This document shows, piece by piece, positions 12,936 through 24,696 of a stretch of 42,434 nucleotides of DNA. Numbering within the stretch: the stretch's first letter is position 1; each line of letters begins with the position of its first letter. A program made the translations under genes and the position numbers. This stretch comes from Nemertoderma westbladi. Lineage: Eukaryota; Animalia; Xenacoelomorpha. Below the pieces are notes generated by a model. That model saw only the letters and a program-made list of their open reading frames with translations. It had not been told where the DNA came from and searched no databases. The DNA lies in contig JAUCBJ010005776.1 in assembly GCA_032718475.1 (NCBI GenBank), positions 1 through 42,434 on the forward strand, written 5' to 3'.

Positions 12936-14097
12936 GCAATATATCGTAGAAAAGGTAGATAGGATAATAGCACAGAACAGAGGCAAATAGAGATAAAACA
13001 AAGAATAAAAATAAAATTAAGAATATCAGGATCACCTCCGAACTACAGACGAGCCTTCAAGGTGGCCTTCAAAGGTCTGGTAGACCACCCGGGGCTGAAG
13101 GGCAAGTCGGTGTAATACAACAGCCGGCATCTAGTAGACGGGGAGGTGGATACACATATCAGAGGTGGGAGAAGTCGGAAGCGGATAGACTCGAGGGGAA
13201 TCGACTGGAAGAAGTCGCCAGGTGAGAAAGGCGGAGAGAGAGTAGTGAGTAGTAGAAATGAAACGCGTTATATAGACAAGCATATAATATAATATATATA
13301 ATAATAATAATTATAATCTTATATTAATTATATAGTAATTCATATATATTATACAGTATGTACCGTAGTCAAGCACAACCTTTTTCCAATTAGCTACTGG
13401 GACTGGGGACTAATTGACTAGGGCAACAGGACGGGACTTAGACAGCTCCCACTAACATGAGCGCACATGCGTGGGACCCGATAAGTGCGTGGTCATTAAA
13501 CAACAGGGCGAAGTTCAGGATTTATTGTGAAAGCTCGTATCCTGCGGGATAAGAATCGTGCAGATAGGCACTACCGGGATATGAGTAGGAGGGGCACTTG
13601 ATGGGACCACAGGCGTGAAGAGTGAGGAGTATGAGAGGAGTATGAGAGGAATGTGAGAAGAGTATGAGAGGAGAACGCAAGAGAGATAGCGAGAGGTGGT
13701 ATAGAACGCGTGGAGAGAGTGCGAATGAAATTCAAGTGTGTGGGGGGGGGAGGAGTGAGAAGTAGAGTGAGGGACAAGAAGGTCCGAGAGCTAGAGTGGA
13801 GGAAGTTAGAGTCGGTTAGTGCGGAGTTAGAGGGGAGAGAGTGTTAGGGAAACAAAAATTGTGTGAGAGAAACCCACAATCGGCCCGACACGGGATGTCA
13901 GATGTCTTGGTGTAAGGTAGACGAAATTGCACCAAGAGAGGGTAGCAACATCATACCCATAGGGAGCGGCCTGGAAAGCCGGCTCCGAAAAGAAAAATAA
14001 CTCCACCCCACACCTGATGGTAGATCGGGTTCCAGCGGAATTGAAGCGCACTAGAGGTTGATGCTATCTTTTCACCGGTAAGATAGCATGGGGGGAG

Positions 14098-14641
14098 TGT
14101 TAGTAGATTCAATTCCGCTAACCACCCCATAAAGTTGGGAAATGGTGCCTTTAAGCAATATTGGACAACACACCCCCAATAAACGGGGACGACAAACCCC
14201 AAAGGGCCGTACACAATGGGGGTCAGAGGTTACACCTCCGGGAGAGGGAAAGTGACAGTAGCGGGGGGGGGGGGGGGGGGGGAAACACTCCCAGAGAGAT
14301 GGGAGGCGAGAATTAGGTTACTAGCCAATGGGGGGCATGCATCCACTGAGTGATAGGGCCAATGTAGGGTGATTAGATATATATTACCAGTCGGTGCCCA
14401 TAACATTCAGTAGTTTGCTCAGTCACATTATTGTTTGCAGAACGGTGACACTTTAAGACCGTCACCGCCATCACCAATACACATTATCATTACCGGTATA
14501 CTGTGCTGTCATTACTCTGTCTATCTTATATACATATATCTTATCAATAATACTGGAAGAATGACAAACTCTTTTCTTTCATTCGCACGGCGGGGACGCG
14601 TATATAAACCAAACTGGTCGGGATCCTCTGATCCCGTCACA
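14098..14641 (+). repeat. 3' LTR (544 bp)
   Basis: Starts tgttagtaga after the PPT, ends cccgtcaca, followed by TSD ataca. Confidence 0.95.
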
Positions 14642-15598
14642 ATACAACAACCTTAAAGTAGTGTATGGACGCAATTTTATTTCTTTGAATGATAGTTTGT
14701 ATTGTCCCAATACCAAATCGAGCGATTTCCGGAACAATTAGTTTGAGCAATTTTTTTTATTCGAATTTTAAGTGTACACTTTCGCTCAAAGCAACAAGAA
14801 TTTTGTTAATGCCATTTTGAGAGCAATTGTGATAGAAACTGATGTTCCAGAATAGTTTTATAGTGTAAGTTTAATAGTAAGCAGTAATTGTCACTGAAAA
14901 TTAATACTTAAAATACACTACCGGTACGGGAATGGTGTGTAATTTTTTGTTTTAACCATTATCATTGTCATATAGGAGGAAGTGTGTTGTCTGTATAGAT
15001 CGCCCTTCCTCCAGTAGTGCCTCTAACTAATGGCATTATAGTATAGGCCTAGTACCTATATATGCTCACTTTTCAGGATTTATAGTAACTTTTTTTTAAT
15101 GTTCTACTACTTTTTTTTAATGTTCTAGAATATATTACTAAAACTAGTAATATATTCTAGATCTATTCTATATTTTAATATAAGCTAAGCTATTTAACTA
15201 AATATAACCTTTTTTCTAGAAAAAAATATTTTTTTACACTTTTTAATAAAAATAGCCATTTTTCAAAATTTTAAATATCGTTTTTTCTTTACAAAGAGAT
15301 GTTTTACATCAAACAGTTACGTTTGGAAATGTGGTAGTATTTTACAAGGGTATTGTAATGGGCTAGTATTTTTGTACTAGCTAGTAGTTTAAAAATCATA
15401 TTTTCTTTTGCCTTTATTTGTGAATTATTAATTGTTACTTTTTAAATATGGAAAAACACACAATTTATTGCATCGCAATTTAACGCATAATAATAAGTAA
15501 TATTGTGTTTTTAAAAATGTTCCAGAAAAATAAATATTTGTTTTTAAATAAAAAATTTAGTGTAATGTGTTTGTAAATTATTGTTCTAGAACAATTCT

Positions 15599-15898
15599 GT
15601 GATATTTCTTATTGAAAAATATTGCGAAAATATGCCATCTCAAAGTGGAAGTGGTGATGGTATCAAAGCTCCTAAACTGTTGCGATCCAGTGAAAACTTT
15701 GATTTTAACAGGAGTTGCATTATTTGCGGTGAGAAATGTTCCAATAAAGATCCAAAGAATACCGGACGATGGAGAAGAGTAGTTGAGTGTCAGACGGTCG
15801 AGGTGCAAGATGAACTCCTACAAATATGTAAATTACGAGGGCTTCGAGTAGATGAACTTGCAGGAAAAGTCAAATTTCGCTTACGTTCTAATCAATAA
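15599..15898 (+). pseudogene. Fragment of a probable DNA-transposon-associated protein (N-terminal CxxC zinc-binding motif)
   Basis: FDFNRSCIICGE...LLQICKLR...DELAGKVKFRL resembles N-termini of uncharacterised invertebrate transposon proteins; truncated. Confidence 0.35.
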
Positions 15899-16193
15899 AA
15901 TTCAAGCTCATTTTGGTGATAAGATTTTTGTACTGCATACAGAAGGCGTGTAAGTGTCATTTATTTTAAAACAAGGCTTCAATTTCCTCTGAAAGCAGAT
16001 CAACGTTCCTCAACCAATAATATTAACAGTAATATAAACTCCTTAGTCCAAAAAATAACGTCTGAAATAAAGCAACTTGAAGATGAATCTCATCGCAAGT
16101 TCTACAATAATTCAAATACATTATCATACAACAACATGATATCATCCACAAGCAGTTCATTACTCTCACTAATATTTCACCATAAGTTTCATA

Positions 16194-16515
16194 AGTAGTA
16201 GAGTCTTGGGCGGCTCGGTGACAGTTAGACCCCACTGACTGGCGCCAGACTGTCTGGGTAACACCCAATGACACTTATGGGTGTCATTGGTGCCAGACTG
16301 TCTGGGTGACACCTCCTAATTAGGCTAATTAGACCCTAATTGACAGGTGTCATCAATTAATTAGTACAATTAAACCCTAATACAGTAGGTGTCTTATGAC
16401 TCCTAATTAGGGTTTTTAATTGATTATCCTAATTAATCAATCCGATGCGCAATGGTGTCAGTGATGTCTAACTGTCACCTAGAGGCCCAAGAGGGTGTCA
16501 TAAGTGACACCACAG
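16194..16515. repeat. Putative Maverick left terminal repeat with internal palindromes
   Basis: Begins agtagtagag; arms 16204-16239 and 16457-16492 are imperfect reverse complements; internal hairpin ccaatgacac-ttatgg-gtgtcattgg. Confidence 0.55.
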
Positions 16516-17471
16516 CTCTTTTATTTATTAATTCTTATTTATTGTATTTAATTTTAATTTATTTAATTGTATTTATTTTTACTTTTTTTATTTATATTTA
16601 ATTTTAAATTAATTATTCATTTGTACTTTATTTTAAATTAATTAACTGTATTACTTTTACTTTATACATTGATTTCTATTTTAATATTAATTAGTTTTTA
16701 TATTACTTACCGCTACTAAATGAGATCACTATGACATAATATCTATATTTAGCTCTAATTACTCTTATATATATCCAGACAGTTTTATCGTTGACTTTTG
16801 ACCCCCAATTAGCTTTATCCAAGCAACAGCTTATTAATAATAGTTGTATCCAAGCGCCCCCCCCCCCCCCCCCCCCCCTCTCGTGACACCTCTGATTACT
16901 AATTACTCTTACCAATATCCAGCCGTCTGCAGTACCATGGTCTGCCGCTAGAGGGCGTATTATCTGAAAATTAACATCTTCTCTAACGTTGTTAATTTCA
17001 TTCCGAATAGGTTTAAACTCAGTAGGCATCTACTACGGCATAGGCCATATCTTTTGCGGAGTCATAGAGTAGTCTGAAGTTCCCCTGTCTGCCGCTAGAG
17101 GGCATATTATTTGAAAACTAACATCATCTCTAGCTTTGATATTTACAATCCACAAAACTATGAAGTTATATTGCTTAAGAGTTCTAAGGGGCAAGCCATG
17201 AGGCAAGATGTTTGAGACTTATTTTGATATATTATTACTTAATTTTGATCCTCCAGTTGGTATCTATTACAATATGGGCTATATCTTTTGCTGAGTCACA
17301 GAGTAGTCTGAAGTTCCCCAGTCTGCCACTAGAGGGCAAAATGTCGCAAAGTGAAAACCATATAGTAGCCATGAATTGGTTACTAGGCTATTTTCTATTT
17401 TTATATTAACATTAAGACCATCACCAAAATAAAATTATATTATCCCATCACATTACAAGCTTAGAGTAAAT

Positions 17472-18002
17472 CTACTGTACATCTTTCACCGCATTTATTT
17501 CTTTCTGTTTATCACCCGTCTCAGTTAATTGCTTCATCACATACCCGCTAATCATCTTTGCAGAGCAGTAATTTAAGCAACTGTCGTCATCTTTGTGAAA
17601 ACTACATTTCTTTTCTATAGTAGAAAATTTGTCGTGAAAACGACACGGAGTTAAATAATTGTAATATAGTTGATATATTCCCAATTTATCCATCGATTTT
17701 GGAGCGTAAACTCCAAGTTGGGTATTTAATATTGCGGCTTTCATCAACCCGAATACATATATATTATATTTATTTTTTAAATGCTTCTTCATGCACTTTA
17801 TGAAATCATCTTGCGAAATGTCACCGTAATTCCATGGTAAATGTGATGTCATATCATGTAAATTGTTTATATGGGCTAAATACGTCGTTATATTAGTTTT
17901 ACTGTATTTAGAATCTAATATAGCGAATTCTTTAAATACTATCGGATATTCCTTATTGTCTATCCTATAATATTGAAAATCAACAAAAATAACATTATCC
18001 AT
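17472..18002 (-). CDS. Maverick accessory protein, DEDD/DnaQ exonuclease-like
   Basis: N-terminal VIFVDFQ...FKEFAI, LPWNYGDI, IYVFGLMK and C-terminal C/H motif like the small nuclease-like proteins of invertebrate Polintons; ORF is open. Confidence 0.55.
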   Translation of the reverse strand: MDNVIFVDFQYYRIDNKEYPIVFKEFAILDSKYSKTNITTYLAHINNLHDMTSHLPWNYGDISQDDFIKCMKKHLKNKYNIYVFGLMKAAILNTQLGVYAPKSMDKLGIYQLYYNYLTPCRFHDKFSTIEKKCSFHKDDDSCLNYCSAKMISGYVMKQLTETGDKQKEINAVKDVQ

Positions 18003-18164
18003 TTTATCGAATAATAATAATAATATTTTTAAATAAACGAAAGTTAAATGTTTAATTACAACGCTTGTTGGCTTATTTTATAATAATTAACAAGCCATTT
18101 AAATAATATTATTTCATTTATATCCACATTATTTGTAAACGCTCTCATTGGATACTTTGTATGA

Positions 18165-18505
18165 ATTCGATTTACCAAGTAATAAAGACGTATAGACCGC
18201 AGGAGGTCCTTCTTGGGTCTTGAAATTGGCTACACATAGAACGCCACCTTGTTGAATATTTCTCAAGCCATTTTTTGATACATCTGTTTGGATATTTTTA
18301 ACCAAACGAATTAAATAATTCAGCTTCATTATCTCGTATATATATAGCCACCCAATGAACACCAGGTAGATTTGCTTTATCTGTATTTACTATTAACCCA
18401 TAGTCTCTACAATTACTATCTAATTTAGGTAATTTATTAGAAGGAAATGCACCCAAATAGTGCACCACCCACCGGAAACATATCCAGGTCCTCTGTAGAT
18501 AACAT
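18165..18505 (-). pseudogene. Adenain-like cysteine (maturation) protease, disrupted
   Basis: Manual translation: YLGAFPSNKLP...GLIVNTDKANLPGVHWVAIY...ELFNSFG*KYP...QFQDPRRTSCGLY; catalytic His and Cys motifs present, with an in-frame stop and a 5' frameshift; not represented in the ORF track. Confidence 0.85.
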
Positions 18506-18507
18506 AC

Positions 18508-19768
18508 TTAATCGATATGTATTTCTTTCCTGCTATTTAAGCTTAATGATTGATCATAAATATTAAAAACGATTACATTTATAGTCTCAACCAACGGTTC
18601 GGCAAATCTTAATTTTAATTGTCCGTTAGTATATATTGATGGCTGGGGATCCCTAACATAGCCGTCGGCAGTTAGGTCCCAGGATATGAGCGGATAATTA
18701 GCTAAGTAGGTTTCATGGTTTATATTATTACCCCCGTAAACGTTAATATATGTGTTAATGTTCTTCATTAATTGGGTATATTCAAAAATGTGTGTTCCAT
18801 CTGTAAAATTAGGCTCGTATATTATCCCACCTACTGGAAGACCGTCTACAATCAGTTCCGCACATCTGAGATTAAAATGTTCAAATTTCAGTATATTACA
18901 TGTTAATTCGCCCAAATATGAATTATTTGTAATAAATCCGATAATAACCAATTTTGGCTTTTTACCATCAAATATGTTTGTTTGTGTGTAATTTGTGGTT
19001 TGCGCGGGAATAGTAAATGTAGTAACTTCTTTTTTTTTTTAATTGATATTCAATATCATAGCTCTCTAAACCTTTTACATGACTGCTTTCTATTACGGGA
19101 TTAACCTCCATTCTAGTGATTAGCATCTTCACTTCATCTAATTCTAAACGTAGATTTGTCATAGCAGTTGCGTTTGGGGTAATTTTAAAAATAAATGAGT
19201 TTGATACTTTTCTAAAATGCATTCTTAAATAATATCCCGGTTATATAATTTTACTTTCAGTATCAAAATTAATCGTCAATCTGCTTACAAATTGCATTTG
19301 TTTACTAAAAGCGTCGCCAATAGGATGCGCACCAGGATCAATTTAATTTCCGTGTTCGGATAAAGGCTGATGAAAGCCACCTGCCCCCAGTAGCCCATTT
19401 TTAGTTTCGTATGTTGTAAATAGTAAATTGGATAAGTACGACTTATATAAATAATGGTTATTGCTATTTTCAACCTGCTTCTCATTAAGGTCTATTGTAA
19501 TATCACTCCACATAGTTCCAGCGGGGTAATTCAACATATAAATATGTGAGTTTTCAAGTTGTCTATCCCACCGTACAGTACATTTTGTAATTAATAACGC
19601 ATCTTGCAGTTTCGTATAGAATTCATTGGATCTTGGTACAAGGAACGTGACTTCCCTAGACTCGCTTCTGAGATTGGATACCGGGTAAATTGTTTCATAA
19701 TGCTTTGCTTTAAATTCAGTCTGTATTGGCTGTGTAGAAAATAAATCTAATTCCTTAATAATTGACAT
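18508..19768 (-). pseudogene. Major capsid protein (double jelly-roll, hexon-like), split into three ORFs
   Basis: N-term KELDLFSTQPIQT...YETIYP and C-term WDLTAD...QLKLRFAEPLVETINVIV are characteristic of Maverick MCP; frameshifts between 19343-19768, 18968-19222 and 18508-18951. Confidence 0.85.
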
Positions 19769-19770
19769 TA

Positions 19771-20332
19771 TTAAAAAATACTTTTTTCGCAGTGTTTCAG
19801 TTTGCCTTTTATTTTTCTCTTTTTACTATGTCGATGATGTATGTTCATAGACATTGGTCTAGTAGGTCGCTTTAAGTCTCTATAAACTTTTTCTACAACC
19901 GATCTTGTGGATGGTTTAATTTTATTTAATGCTTTATTAATAACCGTATTAGCCTGCTGATGTAATACCCGCTTACCTTTTGGTATTACGTGTTGTCTCA
20001 TAAATTTTGTGGTAAATGGTAAAGCTTTTTGTAAAACCTTTTTTGCTAATAGCTTTCCAAACTTCTTTAATGTAGATAAAGCATCTGTAAGTATTCCTTC
20101 CCCGTGTTGATTTGTCTGCATACCTCTCCGATAACGTTGAAATCGTCATTGTTTTGAGTTTGGACCAAATGTACCAATTTGTTGCCCGTAATGGTCTATA
20201 TATGAACCCCCATGAAAAACAGGAACTTGCGTTGACCCTCTCTTTATTCTACCGCCTTTAAAAAACAGCAAGATTAGAGTCTGCACTACCATATTGCGGT
20301 TTACTGTATCTTTGAAATAAATCGGAATCCAT
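19771..20332 (-). pseudogene. Basic core-like protein (Maverick PZ / adenovirus pVII-like), disrupted
   Basis: ATG at 20332 gives MDSDLFQRYSKPQYGS...VFKGGRIKRG; downstream ORF has QHGEGI and a K/R-rich C-terminus ending SIF; located between minor and major capsid. Confidence 0.6.
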
Positions 20333-21107
20333 TTAAATACAAATTTATTTTTCTAAAGTGTAAGGTAATAGAAGTTGAGCCGTATTCAAAATTTAAATCT
20401 TTTCCTTCTTTGTTTGTTATTTCAATATGAATATAAGTTATCTTATATGATTTTTTTACTGAGATATAATGAATAGTATCCTTAACAAATTCTTTATTTA
20501 TTACTGTGCCATGTGTCACATCCTCTGGTATCGCTACGCGGCGAAGTAAAGTTAAACCAAAATCATTAATATATTCATTTTCAATTATATTAGTAGTCAC
20601 GTACATGTTCGACTTAGGTTCTGGAATAGAATTGGGTGGTTAAGGACATAAAAATACCATTTGGTAAGTTTTTTCTTCATTTCCGATATTTTTTATTAAA
20701 TAACCCTTTATATTATTTTTCGTCTTGCAAAATAATTTTAAAATTTGGATTTAAATCTGCTCCAATTGCAATCTATTTTGCTGAGTATTTTCAACTATTT
20801 ATAATTTATCTTTCAATGCACCTATATTAAAATAATCTATAATGTCATTAATACTGTAGAATAAACCGGATGGTAGTATGTCCTCAAAGTTTTTTTTCCA
20901 CTTTTTTAATAAAATAACATTCTCTATATTGTTATACATGGATGGTAACGTGGCTAAATAAAATATACTTTTTATACCAACCACCCAGTTTTCGTTTGGA
21001 TTTATAGGTAAGGCACTGTGTCAATTGATCTGATAATTACTATTAGTATTACGCGGAAAATCAGTTGGACATGAGTTACTCGGTATCCTAACATAGAATT
21101 CATCCAT
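20301..21107 (-). pseudogene. Minor capsid (penton-like) protein, copy 2, disrupted
   Basis: MDEFYVRIPSNSCPTDFPRNTNSNYQIN*...NWVVGIKSI N-terminus and MYVTTNIIE...LLRRV...ITLHFRK C-terminus. Confidence 0.75.
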
Positions 21108-21966
21108 CGCCGTATTAACTTAAGTATTATAACAGTGCGACCACCGTTGAAATTAATTAATTCACCTTGACCATCTCACGTAAAGTAATTAAGATCGTTT
21201 TTAGTTTTTTATTCAATAATGGATAATAACAGATACTTTCATATTTGTGATGAAAATATTTTCGGTTTAATGGAGTTAAAGGACAGGTTCATAAGAGCTG
21301 AGCTAAAGCGTCACCAACAAAAGAGCTTTCAATTATGTCTGTATATATGAAGATAGTATCTTTATCACGTGTAATGTTTGTTGGTGCTGGAAAATGTAAA
21401 ATACCAATTTCTGAAATATTTGGTCCTCTATAATTTAAAATTAATATCGGCTGTTCTATATTGCTTAATTCATCTACCACTATCGTACTGTATATATCCC
21501 AATTCGGAATACCTGGATGATTCTGATCCAATAATTGTTTTAAGCCTAGAATTTGTATTAAATCACCGCGTAGGCTTAATTGTATTTTTTTCAACTTTTT
21601 AGGAAATTTAAATTTAATTCTAGAATTATTTGTATTAAAAATGAATTCGAAATCTTTATATTTCGCTTCAGAATTAAATAGTTTATTTATATCATCAATA
21701 ATGACTTGAATAGAGCTATGTATACCAGGAAATAAACTGTATGATTTGGCATCTTTTGCGTCTACCCCGATTGACAGCGAGATCTGAGTTTGCAGAGTAA
21801 TATTGCTGTAAGTTGCTTGGTATTGGATTTCAGCAAGCCCAATTTTAGCGTTTGGACTAATATATAATTCTTCAGCTAAATCAACAGTAAACTCACTAGG
21901 GCTATTATTGGGATATGTATTTAAAGAGCTATCTGAAACTAGAGTTATATATGTATCTATAGCCAT
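21108..21966 (-). pseudogene. Minor capsid (penton-like) protein, copy 1, premature stop
   Basis: YITLVSDSSLNTYPNNSPSEFTVDL...IGLAEIQY and IFIYTDIIESSFVGDALAQLL*; penton-like sequence (YYPL...ILITLR..G..INFNGGRTVIIL) continues past the TGA at 21289. Confidence 0.8.
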
Positions 21967-22269
21967 TATTATTTAAGCTCTCTACTTGACTCGCTTGTAC
22001 ATATTGTATAATGATAAATTATAAACATCTGTCATCATGTTCACTGCTTCTACAGTATATGCGAGAGATCAATATTTTACTGGCTTTATTTAAAGCGAAT
22101 GAACTATAGATATTAGACTTACAGTATAGTAATATCATTCAAGTAAATATTGATTAATTATGCGTATATGTGACCATTATTCACTCAATGAATTAATGTA
22201 CAGTATAAGCCTAAACTTATTTAATATGCTGTATCCAGGATTCTTGGACCCGATAATTCTGACTAAATA

Positions 22270-23310
22270 TTATCTTTTCCCTTTACGCACTCGTTCTTTA
22301 AGTTTACCTATACTTTTTTCAATCGGATGATAAATATTACTACTCAGTTGGACCTTTTGGAGTTCGTATGAATAAAATGAACCCTTTATTATAGCTCCAG
22401 CACTGTCCTTAATATCAAACATTACTGCCAGTACTCTATCCAATCTGACCCGATGAATAATAAATAATTCACGAGTCCATTGCTCTCGATAGCCTTTAGC
22501 AAAAGCAGTACGAGCAATAGATAATCGTACTGTATCACCTACTTTAAATTTTATTTTCTTGTGATTAATCTGTCTATATTTCCCATATAATCTATTAATT
22601 AATTCAGTTTCATTAAATTTATTAACTTTAATGGGCATCATTTGTATAGTTCTATGAAATGACCTATTATAAGCGAAAATAAGCTTTGGTAAAATTTTTA
22701 CCCAAACATTATTCCCGCGTTGCATGAAATTTTGAAAAATTTTCGAAAAATATTGAACATTTTTATTTTTAATGTTCTATTAAATCTCTCGACTATAGCC
22801 GCCTTATTCACAGAGTACATTACGTAATACCATACACCAATAATCTAAATATTTCCTCATGGATTTATTTAGAAACTCAGATCCTTGATCAGTCGTGATT
22901 CTGTTTGGTTTACCTTTCTGGAATATTTTTTGCAAAATGCTAATAATTTCAATACCTGTTTTTGTTTTTATCCCGTAGGCGAAAGCAAGCCGGCTAAAGG
23001 TGTCAATACATGTTAATATATAGTTATAATTATTATTTTGTGATTTATATTGCTGCATATCCGCCAGATCTATCATATATATATCTTTTAACCCTCCCGT
23101 AAATATTTTAAATGTTGGATAATGATGTCTATGTGATGCGTGAAGGGTGTATGTCTTTTGTCCGCTTAACCATTTCTGGGCTTGAGATAGTTTGATGTTT
23201 GCCGCTTTTGCGATACTTGCAAAACCTCCAGGTGATGAAGGATCTGAATAAATTCTTAACAGTTTTTTGTCTAAGCTCCGGTTTAAAATCGGTCTCATCT
23301 TGCGTTGCAT
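22270..23310 (-). pseudogene. Retroviral-like (rve) DDE integrase of the Maverick, frameshifted
   Basis: YSDPSSPGGF, WLSGQKTYTLH, IDLADM (D), TDQGSEF (D), KAAIVERFNRTLK (E, in another frame ~22770-22807), YNRSFHRTI, FKVGDTVR, FAKGY..WTRELF. Confidence 0.92.
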
Positions 23311-23536
23311 CTTTTTGATAACTGCAAGTAATATGTATATTCAAATCTCTTATAAAGGGCATCACAGTAAAAACAGCTGAAATTTTTTTATTTTCTTTGA
23401 AGTTGATGATTTTCTTTTTCTTTTGGTATTTACTCTAGGTATATGTTGAGGTTTTAAATATGTAGCTAATGGTTTATTCGATACTAAATATAATTTTCTA
23501 AATGTTACTCCCCTCCCGTTTTAACCATTATTATTA

Positions 23537-23920
23537 TTACCATCCACGGTTAATTCTTTTCGCAATAGCCGCCCCAGCGGCGGCGGCACCAGCCCCCGTG
23601 GCGAGTTTCGCACCAATGCCCAGTAGGGGTATTAGAAACGGAAGTATACCACCAGATTGATTGGTTAACTTTTTTCTGTAACTTGATATATTTTTTGTTT
23701 TGCAGTTGAGTGATTTTAATACCTTTTTATAACGACGAATATTTCTAAATGAATGGGGGGTCAATTGTATGTTACCTTTTAGAACATTTAATGCTGTATT
23801 TACAATGAGGCGTATTAATTCGTTAATCGCGGTATGGTTAATAAAAAAAGTTCTTTGTTGAGGGGTAGCACTGCGTTGAAATTCTAATTCGTTACGATAT
23901 TTCTGCACAAGTCTATTCAT
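23537..23920 (-). CDS. Basic virion protein with adenovirus pX(mu)-like C-terminal peptide
   Basis: Open ORF; ALNVLKGNIQLT motif and QSGG|ILPFLIPLLGIGAKLA hydrophobic tail. Confidence 0.7.
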   Translation of the reverse strand: MNRLVQKYRNELEFQRSATPQQRTFFINHTAINELIRLIVNTALNVLKGNIQLTPHSFRNIRRYKKVLKSLNCKTKNISSYRKKLTNQSGGILPFLIPLLGIGAKLATGAGAAAAGAAIAKRINRGW

Positions 23921-23959
23921 TGTTGCAACATTATTGAAAATTTTTACAAAATATGAATA

Positions 23960-24634
23960 TTAATTATTATTACTATTATTATCGCTACGTTTATAGTCAA
24001 TGTAATTTTTAATGTAACAATTATGATTATAAAATATATCCGATCTAAATCTTAAATGTTCGGGTGTTTCCTGTCGTAAATCAATTAAGAAATGCGAAAA
24101 TGGCTCAATAGTCACATCTTGATAGGAATCTACTAAAAATTTTGTCTGCCCGGGTAACATCTGCTTCGCGAAATTTAAAACCGATAAACTGTCTCGCGAA
24201 TTTTTCATTAATACTAAGGTATGGCTATTAATTGATCTTGTACGGTTATGCTTCCCACCGTAAAACATGTTTTGCATTATGAAACAAATAAATATATTGG
24301 AATGATGAGCAACCTTAGTAAATAATACAGTTGAGGCTGTACTGGACTCGGTTTCTGTTAATAAACCGTCTATAATTAATAAATCTCCACTATTTACTAA
24401 ACTGTCTATATTTTCAGGCAAACCTTTGTAAAGGTAGGTAATACCAGGAATAGTTGGGGGATTGCTCCCGTAACAATACAATACTCGCAAGGGGGGTTCG
24501 TTGAAGCAACCATTCTTGTGTTTAATTAAGTTGCTGACAAAGGTAGATTTACCTGAACCAGATGGACCAGAAATTATCATACTCTTTCCCATACGAAAAT
24601 TTAAATTATATGGTCCTGAATTAAAGTCAGCCAT
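23960..24634 (-). CDS. A32/FtsK-like DNA packaging ATPase
   Basis: Walker A GPSGSGKST, Walker B LLIIDG, FTKVAHH, QNMF, RTRSINSH; ORF open. Confidence 0.9.
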   Translation of the reverse strand: MADFNSGPYNLNFRMGKSMIISGPSGSGKSTFVSNLIKHKNGCFNEPPLRVLYCYGSNPPTIPGITYLYKGLPENIDSLVNSGDLLIIDGLLTETESSTASTVLFTKVAHHSNIFICFIMQNMFYGGKHNRTRSINSHTLVLMKNSRDSLSVLNFAKQMLPGQTKFLVDSYQDVTIEPFSHFLIDLRQETPEHLRFRSDIFYNHNCYIKNYIDYKRSDNNSNNN

Positions 24635-24696
24635 TTATTATTATTAAGAAATATCAACAATATAATATAATATAACATAAAGAACCATCACCATTA

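Larger units (their letters stand above)
8130..14641 (+). mobile_element. Non-autonomous LTR retrotransposon, BEL/Pao-like
   Basis: Two direct LTRs TGT...ACA, 5-bp TSD ATACA (8125-8129 and 14642-14646), polypurine tract ggggggag directly before the 3' LTR, gag-like ORFs; no RT/RNaseH/integrase motifs seen. Confidence 0.85.
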
